Source of the DNA: Auanema rhodensis
Lineage: Eukaryota; Animalia; Nematoda
Assembly (NCBI GenBank): GCA_964057225.1
Contig: OZ059900.1
Span: 16,368,001 to 16,432,000, forward strand
DNA: 64,000 nucleotides
Direction: 5' to 3'
Shown piece by piece: positions 37,964 through 52,600 of the stretch. The notes under the pieces are model-generated. The model saw nothing but the letters and a program-made list of their open reading frames with translations, ran no database searches and had not been told where the DNA came from. Each line of letters begins with the position of its first letter. The stretch's first letter is position 1. Position numbers and translations under genes: made by a program.

Positions 37964-40015
37964 GATTTAATCAATATTAGCCATAAGGGGCGTGCCCTCA
38001 GAATATGCTAATTTCCTTAATTTTCTAACCCTTGTTTTTTTGTCGTGAAAGTGGAACTAGACGTTGTACGAACAATTTTGAGCTAAGTTTCATTGACATT
38101 GCATGAGTTTGAACACATGAAATCGTAAGTCAAAACCTTGTTTACAGCGAAATTTCCAAAAACTGGTTTTCCAGCATAATAAAATATTTCTCATGGGAAA
38201 TACTGTGTTTTTGTTTTTTTTTAGTGTTCAGCATGTAAAATGCTTCATTTTAGTATGTAACACGCTGAAATTCGTTGCATTTGACGACTCATATGAACAA
38301 AAATCGATTTAATCAATATTAGCCATAAAGGGTGTGCCCTCAGAATATGCTATTTTCCTTAATTTTCTAACCCCTGTTTTTTTGTCGTGAAAGTGGAACT
38401 AGACGTTGTACGAACAATTTTGAGCTAGGTTTCATTGACATTGCATGAGTTTGAACACATGAAATCGTAAGTCAAAACCTTGTTTACAGCGAAATTTCCA
38501 AAAACTGGTTTTCCAGCATAATAAAATATTTCTCATGGGAAATACTGTGTTTTTGTATTTTTCTAGTGTTCAGCATGTAAAATGCTTCATTTTAGTATGT
38601 AACACGCTGAAATTCGTTACATTTGACGACTCATATGAACAAAAATCGATTTAATCAATATTAGCCATAAGGGGCGTGCCCTCAGAATATGCTAATTTCC
38701 TTAATTTTCTAACCCCTGTTTTCTTGTCGTGAAAGTGGAACTAGACGTTGTACGAACAATTTTGAGCTAGGTTTCATTGACATTGCATGAGTTTGAACAC
38801 ATGAAATCGTAAGTCAAAACCTTGTTTACAGCGAAATTTCCAAAAACTGGTTTTCCAGCATAATAAAGTATTTCTCATGGGAAATACTGTGTTTTTGTAT
38901 TTTTCTAGTGTTCAGCATGTAAAATGCTTCATTTCAGTATGTAACACGCTGAAATTCGTTGCATTTGACGACTCATATGAACAAAAATCGATTTAATCAA
39001 TATTAGCCATAAGGGGCGTGCCCTCAGAATATGCTAATTTCCTTAATTTTCTAACCCTTGTTTTTTTGTCGTGAAAGTGGAACTAGACGTTGTACGAACA
39101 ATTTTGAGCTAAGTTTCATTGACATTGCATGAGTTTGAACACATGAAATCGTAAGTCAAAACCTTGTTTACAGCGAAATTTCCAAAAACTGGTTTTCCAG
39201 CATAATAAAATATTTCTCATGGGAAATACTGTGTTTTTGTTTTTTTTTAGTGTTCAGCATGTAAAATGCTTCATTTTAGTATGTAACACGCTGAAATTCG
39301 TTGCATTTGACGACTCATATGAACAAAAATCGATTTAATCAATATTAGCCATAAAGGGTGTGCCCTCAGAATATGCTATTTTCCTTAATTTTCTAACCCC
39401 TGTTTTTTTGTCGTGAAAGTGGAACTAGACGTTGTACGAACAATTTTGAGCTAGGTTTCATTGACATTGCATGAGTTTGAACACATGAAATCGTAAGTCA
39501 AAACCTTGTTTACAGCGAAATTTCCAAAAACTGGTTTTCCAGCATAATAAAATATTTCTCATGGGAAATACTGTGTTTTTGTATTTTTCTAGTGTTCAGC
39601 ATGTAAAATGCTTCATTTTAGTATGTAACACGCTGAAATTCGTTACATTTGACGACTCATATGAACAAAAATCGATTTAATCAATATTAGCCATAAGGGG
39701 CGTGCCCTCAGAATATGCTAATTTCCTTAATTTTCTAACCCCTGTTTTCTTGTCGTGAAAGTGGAACTAGACGTTGTACGAACAATTTTGAGCTAGGTTT
39801 CATTGACATTGCATGAGTTTGAACACATGAAATCGTAAGTCAAAACCTTGTTTACAGCGAAATTTCCAAAAACTGGTTTTCCAGCATAATAAAATATTTT
39901 TCATGAGAAATACTGTGTTTTTGTATTTTTCTAGTGTTCAGCATGTAAAATGCTTCATTTTAGTATGTAACACGCTGAAATTCGTTGCATTTGACGACTC
40001 ATATGAACAAAAATC
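37964..40015. repeat. 3-monomer tandem duplication (1026 bp) x2
   Basis: The monomer with 24A/28T/48T/314A starts at 38306 and 39332, the p76C monomer at 38648 and 39674, and C' at 37964 and 38990. Confidence 0.85.
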
Positions 40016-40699
40016 GATTTAATCAATATTAGCCATAAGGGGCGTGCCCTCAGAATATGCTAATTTCCTTAATTTTCTAACCCCTGTTTTTTTGTCGTGA
40101 AAGTGGAACTAGACGTTGTACAAACAATTTTGAGCTAGGTTTCATTGACATTGCATGAATTTGAACACATGAAATCGTAAGTCAAAACCTTGTTTACAGC
40201 GAAATTTCCAAAAACTGGTTTTCCAGCATAATAAAATATTTCTCATGGGAAATACTGTGTTTTTGTATTTTTCTAGTGTTCAGCATGTAAAATGCTTCAT
40301 TTTGGTATGTAACACGCTGAAATTCGTTGCATTTGACGACTCATATGAACAAAAATCGATTTAATCAATATTAGCCATAAGGGGCGTGCCCTCAGAATAT
40401 GCTAATTTCCTTAATTTTCTAACCCCTGTTTTTTTGTCGTGAAAGTGGAACTAGACGTTGTACGAACAATTTTGAGCTAGGTTTCATTGACATTGCATGA
40501 GTTTGAACACATGAAATCGTAAGTCAAAACCTTGTTTACAGCGAAATTTCCAAAAACTGGTTTTCCAGCATAATAAAATATTTCTCATGGGAAATACTGT
40601 GTTTTTGTATTTTTCTAGTGTTCAGCATGTAAAATGCTTCATTTTAGTATGTAACACGCTGAAATTCGTTGCATTTGACGACTCATATGAACAAAAATC

Positions 40700-43600
40700 G
40701 ATTTAATCAATATTAGCCATAAGGGGCGTGCCCTCAGAATATGCTAATTTCCTTAATTTTCTAACCCCTGTTTTTTTGTCGTGAAAGTGGAACTAGGCGT
40801 TGTACGAACAATTTTGAGCTAGGTTTCATTGACATTGCATGAGTTTGAACACATGAAATCGTAAGTGAAAACCTTGTTTACAGCGAAATTTCCAAAAACT
40901 GGTTTTCCAGCATAATAAAATATTTCTCATGGGAAATACTGTGTTTTTGTATTTTTCTAGTGTTCAGCATGTAAAATGCTTCATTTTAGTATGTAACACG
41001 CTGAAATTCGTTGCATTTGACGACTCATATGAACAAAAATCGATTTAATCAATATTAGCCATAAGGGGCGTGCCCTCAGAATATGCTAACTTCCTTAATT
41101 TTCTAACCCCTGTTTTTTTGTCGTGAAAGTGGAACTAGACGTTGTACGAACAATTTTGAGCTAGGTTTCATTGACATTGCATGAGTTTGAACACATGAAA
41201 TCGTAAGTCAAAACCTTGTTTACAGCGAAATTTCCAAAAACTGGTTTTCCAGCATAATAAAATATTTCTCATGGGAAATACTGTGTTTTTGTTTTTTTCT
41301 AGTGTTCAGCATGTAAAATGCTTAATTTTAGTATGTAACACGCTGAAATTCGTTGCATTTGACGACTCATATGAACAAAAATCGATTTAATCAATATTAG
41401 CCATAAGGGGCGTGCCCTCAGAATATGCTAATTTCCTTAATTTTCTAACCCCTGTTTTTTTGTCGTGAAAGTGGAACTAGACGTTGTACGAACAATTTTG
41501 AGCTAGGTTTCATTGACATTGCATGAGTTTGAACACATGAAATCGTAAGTCAAAACCTTGTTTACAGCGAAATTTCCAAAAACTGGTTTTCCAGCATAAT
41601 AAAATATTTCTCATGGGAAATACTGTGTTTTTGTATTTTTCTAGTGTTCAGCATGTAAAATGCTTCATTTTAGTATGTAACACGCTGAAATTCGTTGCAT
41701 TTGACGACTCATATGAACAAAAATCGATTTAATCAATATTAGCCATAAGGGGCGTGCCCTCAGAATATGCTAATTTCCTTAATTTTCTAACCCCTGTTTT
41801 TTTGTCGTGAAAGTGGAACTAGACGTTGTACGAACAATTTTGAGCTAGGTTTCATTGACATTGCATGAGTTTGAACACATGAAATCGTAAGTCAAAACCT
41901 TGTTTACAGCGAAATTTCCAAAAACTGGTTTTCCAGCATAATAAAATATTTTTCATGAGAAATACTGTGTTTTTGTATTTTCTAGTGTTCAGCATGTAAA
42001 ATGCTTCATTTTAGTATGTAACACGCTGAAATTCGTTGCATTTGACGACTCATATGAACAAAAATCGATTTAATCAATATTAGCCATAAGGGGCGTGCCC
42101 TCAGAATATGCTAATTTCCTTAATTTTCTAACCCCTGTTTTTTTTGTCGTGAAAGTGGAACTAGACGTTGTACAAACAATTTTGAGCTAGGTTTCATTGA
42201 CATTGCATGAATTTGAACACATGAAATCGTAAGTCAAAACCTTGTTTACAGCGAAATTTCCAAAAACTGGTTTTCCAGCATAATAAAATATTTCTCATGG
42301 GAAATACTGTGTTTTTGTATTTTTCTAGTGTTCAGCATGTAAAATGCTTCATTTTAGTATGTAACACGCTGAAATTCGTTGCATTTGACGACTCATATGA
42401 ACAAAAATCGATTTAATCAATATTAGCCATAAGGGGCGTGCCCTCAGAATATGCTAATTTCCTTAATTTTCTAACCCCTGTTTTTTTGTCGTGAAAGTGG
42501 AACTAGGCGTTGTACGAACAATTTTGAGCTAGGTTTCATTGACATTGCATGAGTTTGAACACATGAAATCGTAAGTGAAAACCTTGTTTACAGCGAAATT
42601 TCCAAAAACTGGTTTTCCAGCATAATAAAATATTTCTCATGGGAAATACTGTGTTTTTGTATTTTTCTAGTGTTCAGCATGTAAAATGCTTCATTTTAGT
42701 ATGTAACACGCTGAAATTCGTTGCATTTGACGACTCATATGAACAAAAATCGATTTAATCAATATTAGCCATAAGGGGCGTGCCCTCAGAATATGCTAAC
42801 TTCCTTAATTTTCTAACCCCTGTTTTTTTGTCGTGAAAGTGGAACTAGACGTTGTACGAACAATTTTGAGCTAGGTTTCATTGACATTGCATGAGTTTGA
42901 ACACATGAAATCGTAAGTCAAAACCTTGTTTACAGCGAAATTTCCAAAAACTGGTTTTCCAGCATAATAAAATATTTCTCATGGGAAATACTGTGTTTTT
43001 GTTTTTTTCTAGTGTTCAGCATGTAAAATGCTTAATTTTAGTATGTAACACGCTGAAATTCGTTGCATTTGACGACTCATATGAACAAAAATCGATTTAA
43101 TCAATATTAGCCATAAGGGGCGTGCCCTCAGAATATGCTAATTTCCTTAATTTTCTAACCCCTGTTTTTTTGTCGTGAAAGTGGAACTAGACGTTGTACG
43201 AACAATTTTGAGCTAGGTTTCATTGACATTGCATGAGTTTGAACACATGAAATCGTAAGTCAAAACCTTGTTTACAGCGAAATTTCCAAAAACTGGTTTT
43301 CCAGCATAATAAAATATTTCTCATGGGAAATACTGTGTTTTTGTATTTTTCTAGTGTTCAGCATGTAAAATGCTTCATTTTAGTATGTAACACGCTGAAA
43401 TTCGTTGCATTTGACGACTCATATGAACAAAAATCGATTTAATCAATATTAGCCATAAGGGGCGTGCCCTCAGAATATGCTAATTTCCTTAATTTTCTAA
43501 CCCCTGTTTTTTTGTCGTGAAAGTGGAACTAGACGTTGTACGAACAATTTTGAGCTAGGTTTCATTGACATTGCATGAGTTTGAACACATGAAATCGTAA

Positions 43601-46600
43601 GTCAAAACCTTGTTTACAGCGAAATTTCCAAAAACTGGTTTTCCAGCATAATAAAATATTTTTCATGAGAAATACTGTGTTTTTGTATTTTTCTAGTGTT
43701 CAGCATGTAAAATGCTTCATTTTAGTATGTAACACGCTGAAATTCGTTGCATTTGACGACTCATATGAACAAAAATCGATTTAATCAATATTAGCCATAA
43801 GGGGCGTGCCCTCAGAATATGCTAATTTCCTTAATTTTCTAACCCCTGTTTTTTTTGTCGTGAAAGTGGAACTAGACGTTGTACAAACAATTTTGAGCTA
43901 GGTTTCATTGACATTGCATGAATTTGAACACATGAAATCGTAAGTCAAAACCTTGTTTACAGCGAAATTTCCAAAAACTGGTTTTCCAGCATAATAAAAT
44001 ATTTCTCATGGGAAATACTGTGTTTTTGTATTTTTCTAGTGTTCAGCATGTAAAATGCTTCATTTTAGTATGTAACACGCTGAAATTCGTTGCATTTGAC
44101 GACTCATATGAACAAAAATCGATTTAATCAATATTAGCCATAAGGGGCGTGCCCTCAGAATATGCTAATTTCCTTAATTTTCTAACCCCTGTTTTTTTGT
44201 CGTGAAAGTGGAACTAGGCGTTGTACGAACAATTTTGAGCTAGGTTTCATTGACATTGCATGAGTTTGAACACATGAAATCGTAAGTGAAAACCTTGTTT
44301 ACAGCGAAATTTCCAAAAACTGGTTTTCCAGCATAATAAAATATTTCTCATGGGAAATACTGTGTTTTTGTATTTTTCTAGTGTTCAGCATGTAAAATGC
44401 TTCATTTTAGTATGTAACACGCTGAAATTCGTTGCATTTGACGACTCATATGAACAAAAATCGATTTAATCAATATTAGCCATAAGGGGCGTGCCCTCAG
44501 AATATGCTAACTTCCTTAATTTTCTAACCCCTGTTTTTTTGTCGTGAAAGTGGAACTAGACGTTGTACGAACAATTTTGAGCTAGGTTTCATTGACATTG
44601 CATGAGTTTGAACACATGAAATCGTAAGTCAAAACCTTGTTTACAGCGAAATTTCCAAAAACTGGTTTTCCAGCATAATAAAATATTTCTCATGGGAAAT
44701 ACTGTGTTTTTGTATTTTTCTAGTGTTCAGCATGTAAAATGCTTCATTTTAGTATGTAACACGCTGAAATTCGTTACATTTGACGACTCATATGAACAAA
44801 AATCGATTTAATCAATATTAGCCATAAGGGGCGTGCCCTCAGAATATGCTAATTTCCTTAATTTTCTAACCCCTGTTTTTTTGTCGTGAAAGTGGAACTA
44901 GACGTTGTACGAACAATTTTGAGCTAGGTTTCATTGACATTGCATGAGTTTGAACACATGAAATCGTAAGTCAAAACCTTGTTTACAGCGAAATTTCCAA
45001 AAACTGGTTTTCCAGCATAATAAAATATTTCTCATGGGAAATACTGTGTTTTTGTATTTTTCTAGTGTTCAGCATGTAAAATGCTTCATTTTAGTATGTA
45101 ACACGCTGAAATTCGTTGCATTTGACGACTCATATGAACAAAAATCGATTTAATCAATATTAGCTATAAGGGGCGTGCCCTCAGAATATGCTAATTTCCT
45201 TAATTTTCTAACCCCTGTTTTTTTGTCGTGAAAGTGGAACTAGACGTTGTACGAACAATTTTGAGCTAAGTTTCATTGACATTGCATGAGTTTGAACACA
45301 TGAAATCGTAAGTCAAAACCTTGTTTACAGCGAAATTTCCAAAAACTGGTTTTCCAGCATAATAAAATATTTCTCATGGGAAATACTGTGTTTTTGTATT
45401 TTTCTAGTGTTCAGCATGTAAAATGCTTCATTTTAGTATGTAACACGCTGTAATTCGTTGCATTTGACGACTCATATGAACAAAAATCGATTTAATCAAT
45501 ATTAGCCATAAGGGGCGTGCCCTCAGAATATGCTAATTTCCTTAATTTTCTAACCCCTGTTTTTTTGTCGTGAAAGTGGAACTAGACGTTGTACGAACAA
45601 TTTTGAGCTAAGTTTCATTGACATTGCATGAGTTTGAACACATGAAATCGTAAGTCAAAACCTTGTTTACAGCGAAATTTCCAAAAACTGGTTTTCCAGC
45701 ATAATAAAATATTTCTCATGGGAAATACTGTGTTTTTGTATTTTTCCAGTGTTCAGCATGTAAAATGCTTCATTTTAGTATGTAACACGCTGTAATTTGT
45801 TGCATTTGACGACTCATATGAACAAAAATCGATTTAATCAATATTAGCCATAAGGGGCGTGCCCTCAGAATATGCTAATTTCCTTAATTTTCTAACCCCT
45901 GTTTTTTTGTCGTGAAAGTGGAACTAGACGTTGTACGAACAATTTTGAGCTAGGTTTCATTGACATTGCATGAGTTTGAACACATGAAATCGTAAGTCAA
46001 AACCTTGTTTACAGCGAAATTTCCAAAAACTGGTTTTCCAGCATAATAAAATATTTCTCATGGGAAATACTGTGTTTTTGTATTTTACTAGTGTTCAGCA
46101 TGTAAAATGCTTCATTTTAGTATGTAACACGCTGAAATTCGTTGCATTTGACGACTCATATGAACAAAAATCGATTTAATCAATATTAGCCATAAGGGGC
46201 GTGCCCTCAGAATATGCTAATTTCCTTAATTTTCTAACCCCTGTTTTTTTGTCGTGAAAGTGGAACTAGACGTTGTACGAACAATTTTGAGCTAGGTTTC
46301 ATTGACATTGCATGAGTTTGAACACATGAAATCGTAAGTCAAAACCTTGTTTACAGCGAAATTTCCAAAAACTGGTTTTCCAGCATAATAAAATATTTCT
46401 CATGGGAAATACTGTGTTTTTGTATTTTTCTAGTGTTCAGCATGTAAAATGCTTCATTTTAGTATGTAACACGCTGAAATTCGTTGCATTTGACGACTCA
46501 TATGAACAAAAATCGATTTAATCAATATTAGCCATAAGGGGCGTGCCCTCAGAATATGCTAATTTCCTTAATTTTCTAACCCCTGTTTTTTTGTCGTGAA

Positions 46601-49600
46601 AGTGGAACTAGACGTTGTACGAACAATTTTGAGCTAGGTTTCATTGACATTGCATGAGTTTGAACACATGAAATCGTAAGTCAAAACCTTGTTTACAGCG
46701 AAATTTCCAAAAACTGGTTTTCCAGCATAATAAAATATTTTTCATGAGAAATACTGTGTTTTTGTATTTTTCTAGTGTTCAGCATGTAAAATGCTTCATT
46801 TTAGTATGTAACACGCTGAAATTCGTTGCATTTGACGACTCATATGAACAAAAATCGATTTAATCAATATTAGCCATAAGGGGCGTGCCCTCAGAATATG
46901 CTAATTTCCTTAATTTTCTAACCCCTGTTTTTTTGTCGTGAAAGTGGAACTAGACGTTGTACGAACAATTTTGAGCTAGGTTTCATTGACATTGCATGAG
47001 TTTGAACACATGAAATCGTAAGTCAAAACCTTGTTTACAGCGAAATTTCCAAAAACTGGTTTTCCAGCATAATAAAATATTTCTCATGGGAAATACTGTG
47101 TTTTTGTATTTTTCTAGTGTTCAGCATGTAAAATGCTTCATTTTAGTATGTAACACGCTGAAATTCGTTGCATTTGACGACTCATATGAACAAAAATCGA
47201 TTTAATCAATATTAGCCATAAGGGGCGTGCCCTCAGAATATGCTAATTTCCTTAATTTTCTAACCCCTGTTTTTTTTGTCGTGAAAGTGGAACTAGACGT
47301 TGTACAAACAATTTTGAGCTAGGTTTCATTGACATTGCATGAATTTGAACACATGAAATCGTAAGTCAAAACCTTGTTTACAGCGAAATTTCCAAAAACT
47401 GGTTTTCCAGCATAATAAAATATTTCTCATGGGAAATACTGTGTTTTTGTATTTTTCTAGTGTTCAGCATGTAAAATGCTTCATTTTAGTATGTAACACG
47501 CTGAAATTCGTTGCATTTGACGACTCATATGAACAAAAATCGATTTAATCAATATTAGCCATAAGGGGCGTGCCCTCAGAATATGCTAATTTCCTTAATT
47601 TTCTAACCCCTGTTTTTTTGTCGTGAAAGTGGAACTAGGCGTTGTACGAACAATTTTGAGCTAGGTTTCATTGACATTGCTTGAGTTTGAACACATGAAA
47701 TCGTAAGTGAAAACCTTGTTTACAGCGAAATTTCCAAAAACTGGTTTTCCAGCATAATAAAATATTTCTCATGGGAAATACTGTGTTTTTGTATTTTTCT
47801 AGTGTTCAGCATGTAAAATGCTTCATTTTAGTATGTAACACGCTGAAATTCGTTGCATTTGACGACTAATATGAACAAAAATCGATTTAATCAATATTAG
47901 CCATAAGGGGCGTGCCCTCAGAATATGCTAACTTCCTTAATTTTCTAACCCCTGTTTTTTTGTCGTGAAAGTGGAACTAGACGTTGTACGAACAATTTTG
48001 AGCTAGGTTTCATTGACATTGCATGAGTTTGAACACATGAAATCGTAAGTCAAAACCTTGTTTACAGCGAAATTTCCAAAAACTGGTTTTCCAGCATAAT
48101 AAAATATTTCTCATGGGAAATACTGTGTTTTTGTTTTTTTCTAGTGTTCAGCATGTAAAATGCTTAATTTTAGTATGTAACACGCTGAAATTCGTTGCAT
48201 TTGACGACTCATATGAACAAAAATCGATTTAATCAATATTAGCCATAAGGGGCGTGCCCTCAGAATATGCTAATTTCCTTAATTTTCTAACCCCTGTTTT
48301 TTTGTCGTGAAAGTGGAACTAGACGTTGTACGAACAATTTTGAGCTAGGTTTCATTGACATTGCATGAGTTTGAACACATGAAATCGTAAGTCAAAACCT
48401 TGTTTACAGCGAAATTTCCAAAAACTGGTTTTCCAGCATAATAAAATATTTCTCATGGGAAATACTGTGTTTTTGTATTTTTCTAGTGTTCAGCATGTAA
48501 AATGCTTCATTTTAGTATGTAACACGCTGAAATTCGTTGCATTTGACGACTCATATGAACAAAAATCGATTTAATCAATATTAGCCATAAGGGGCGTGCC
48601 CTCAGAATATGCTAATTTCCTTAATTTTCTAACCCCTGTTTTTTTGTCGTGAAAGTGGAACTAGACGTTGTACGAACAATTTTGAGCTAGGTTTCATTGA
48701 CATTGCATGAGTTTGAACACATGAAATCGTAAGTCAAAACCTTGTTTACAGCGAAATTTCCAAAAACTGGTTTTCCAGCATAATAAAATATTTTTCATGA
48801 GAAATACTGTGTTTTTGTATTTTTCTAGTGTTCAGCATGTAAAATGCTTCATTTTAGTATGTAACACGCTGAAATTCGTTGCATTTGACGACTCATATGA
48901 ACAAAAATCGATTTAATCAATATTAGCCATAAGGGGCGTGCCCTCAGAATATGCTAATTTCCTTAATTTTCTAACCCCTGTTTTTTTTGTCGTGAAAGTG
49001 GAACTAGACGTTGTACAAACAATTTTGAGCTAGGTTTCATTGACATTGCATGAATTTGAACACATGAAATCGTAAGTCAAAACCTTGTTTACAGCGAAAT
49101 TTCCAAAAACTGGTTTTCCAGCATAATAAAATATTTCTCATGGGAAATACTGTGTTTTTGTATTTTTCTAGTGTTCAGCATGTAAAATGCTTCATTTTAG
49201 TATGTAACACGCTGAAATTCGTTGCATTTGACGACTCATATGAACAAAAATCGATTTAATCAATATTAGCCATAAGGGGCGTGCCCTCAGAATATGCTAA
49301 TTTCCTTAATTTTCTAACCCCTGTTTTTTTGTCGTGAAAGTGGAACTAGGCGTTGTACGAACAATTTTGAGCTAGGTTTCATTGACATTGCTTGAGTTTG
49401 AACACATGAAATCGTAAGTGAAAACCTTGTTTACAGCGAAATTTCCAAAAACTGGTTTTCCAGCATAATAAAATATTTCTCATGGGAAATACTGTGTTTT
49501 TGTATTTTTCTAGTGTTCAGCATGTAAAATGCTTCATTTTAGTATGTAACACGCTGAAATTCGTTGCATTTGACGACTCATATGAACAAAAATCGATTTA

Positions 49601-52600
49601 ATCAATATTAGCCATAAGGGGCGTGCCCTCAGAATATGCTAACTTCCTTAATTTTCTAACCCCTGTTTTTTTGTCGTGAAAGTGGAACTAGACGTTGTAC
49701 GAACAATTTTGAGCTAGGTTTCATTGACATTGCATGAGTTTGAACACATGAAATCGTAAGTCAAAACCTTGTTTACAGCGAAATTTCCAAAAACTGGTTT
49801 TCCAGCATAATAAAATATTTCTCATGGGAAATACTGTGTTTTTGTATTTTTCTAGTGTTCAGCATGTAAAATGCTTCATTTTAGTATGTAACACGCTGAA
49901 ATTCGTTACATTTGACGACTCATATGAACAAAAATCGATTTAATCAATATTAGCCATAAGGGGCGTGCCCTCAGAATATGCTAATTTCCTTAATTTTCTA
50001 ACCCCTGTTTTTTTGTCGTGAAAGTGGAACTAGACGTTGTACGAACAATTTTGAGCTAGGTTTCATTGACATTGCATGAGTTTGAACACATGAAATCGTA
50101 AGTCAAAACCTTGTTTACAGCGAAATTTCCAAAAACTGGTTTTCCAGCATAATAAAATATTTCTCATGGGAAATACTGTGTTTTTGTATTTTTCTAGTGT
50201 TCAGCATGTAAAATGCTTCATTTTAGTATGTAACACGCTGAAATTCGTTGCATTTGACGACTCATATGAACAAAAATCGATTTAATCAATATTAGCTATA
50301 AGGGGCGTGCCCTCAGAATATGCTAATTTCCTTAATTTTCTAACCCCTGTTTTTTTGTCGTGAAAGTGGAACTAGACGTTGTACGAACAATTTTGAGCTA
50401 AGTTTCATTGACATTGCATGAGTTTGAACACATGAAATCGTAAGTCAAAACCTTGTTTAAAGCGAAATTTCCAAAAACTGGTTTTCCAGCATAATAAAAT
50501 ATTTCTCATGGGAAATACTGTGTTTTTGTATTTTACTAGTGTTCAGCATGTAAAATGCTTCATTTTAGTATGTAACACGCTGAAATTCGTTGCATTTGAC
50601 GACTCATATGAACAAAAATCGATTTAATCAATATTAGCCATAAGGGGCGTGCCCTCAGAATATGCTAATTTCCTTAATTTTCTAACCCCTGTTTTTTTGT
50701 CGTGAAAGTGGAACTAGACGTTGTACGAACAATTTTGAGCTAGGTTTCATTGACATTGCATGAGTTTGAACACATGAAATCGTAAGTCAAAACCTTGTTT
50801 ACAGCGAAATTTCCAAAAACTGGTTTTCCAGCATAATAAAATATTTCTCATGGGAAATACTGTGTTTTTGTATTTTTCTAGTGTTCAGCATGTAAAATGC
50901 TTCATTTTAGTATGTAACACGCTGAAATTCGTTGCATTTGACGACTCATATGAACAAAAATCGATTTAATCAATATTAGCCATGAGGGGCGTGCCCTCAG
51001 AATATGCTAATTTCCTTAATTTTCTAACCCCTGTTTTTTTGTCGTGAAAGTGGAACTAGACGTTGTACGAACAATTTTGAGCTAGGTTTCATTGACATTG
51101 CATGAGTTTGAACACATGAAATCGTAAGTCAAAACCTTGTTTACAGCGAAATTTCCAAAAACTGGTTTTCCAGCATAATAAAATATTTCTCATGGGAAAT
51201 ACTGTGTTTTTGTTTTTTTCTAGTGTTCAGCATGTAAAATGCTTAATTTTAGTATGTAACACGCTGAAATTCGTTGCATTTGACGACTCATATGAACAAA
51301 AATCGATTTAATCAATATTAGCCATAAGGGGCGTGCCCTCAGAATATGCTAATTTCCTTAATTTTCTAACCCCTGTTTTTTTGTCGTGAAAGTGGAACTA
51401 GACGTTGTACGAACAATTTTGAGCTAGGTTTCATTGACATTGCATGAGTTTGAACACATGAAATCGTAAGTCAAAACCTTGTTTACAGCGAAATTTCCAA
51501 AAACTGGTTTTCCAGCATAATAAAATATTTCTCATGGGAAATACTGTGTTTTTGTATTTTTCTAGTGTTCAGCATGTAAAATGCTTCATTTTAGTATGTA
51601 ACACGCTGAAATTCGTTGCATTTGACGACTCATATGAACAAAAATCGATTTAATCAATATTAGCCATAAGGGGCGTGCCCTCAGAATATGCTAATTTCCT
51701 TAATTTTCTAACCCCTGTTTTTTTGTCGTGAAAGTGGAACTAGACGTTGTACGAACAATTTTGAGCTAGGTTTCATTGACATTGCATGAGTTTGAACACA
51801 TGAAATCGTAAGTCAAAACCTTGTTTACAGCGAAATTTCCAAAAACTGGTTTTCCAGCATAATAAAATATTTTTCATGAGAAATACTGTGTTTTTGTATT
51901 TTTCTAGTGTTCAGAATGTAAAATGCTTCATTTTAGTATGTAACACGCTGAAATTCGTTGCATTTGACGACTCATATGAACAAAAATCGATTTAATCAAT
52001 ATTAGCCATAAGGGGCGTGCCCTCAGAATATGCTAATTTCCTTAATTTTCTAACCCCTGTTTTTTTTGTCGTGAAAGTGGAACTAGGCGTTGTACAAACA
52101 ATTTTGAGCTAGGTTTCATTGACATTGCATGAATTTGAACACATGAAATCGTAAGTCAAAACCTTGTTTACAGCGAAATTTCCAAAAACTGGTTTTCCAG
52201 CATAATAAAATATTTCTCATGGGAAATACTGTGTTTTTGTATTTTTCTAGTGTTCAGCATGTAAAATGCTTCATTTTAGTATGTAACACGCTGAAATTCG
52301 TTGCATTTGACGACTCATATGAACAAAAATCGATTTAATCAATATTAGCCATAAGGGGCGTGCCCTCAGAATATGCTAATTTCCTTAATTTTCTAACCCC
52401 TGTTTTTTTGTCGTGAAAGTGGAACTAGGCGTTGTACGAACAATTTTGAGCTAGGTTTCATTGACATTGCATGAGTTTGAACACATGAAATCGTAAGTGA
52501 AAACCTTGTTTACAGCGAAATTTCCAAAAACTGGTTTTCCAGCATAATAAAATATTTCTCATGGGAAATACTGTGTTTTTGTATTTTTCTAGTGTTCAGC

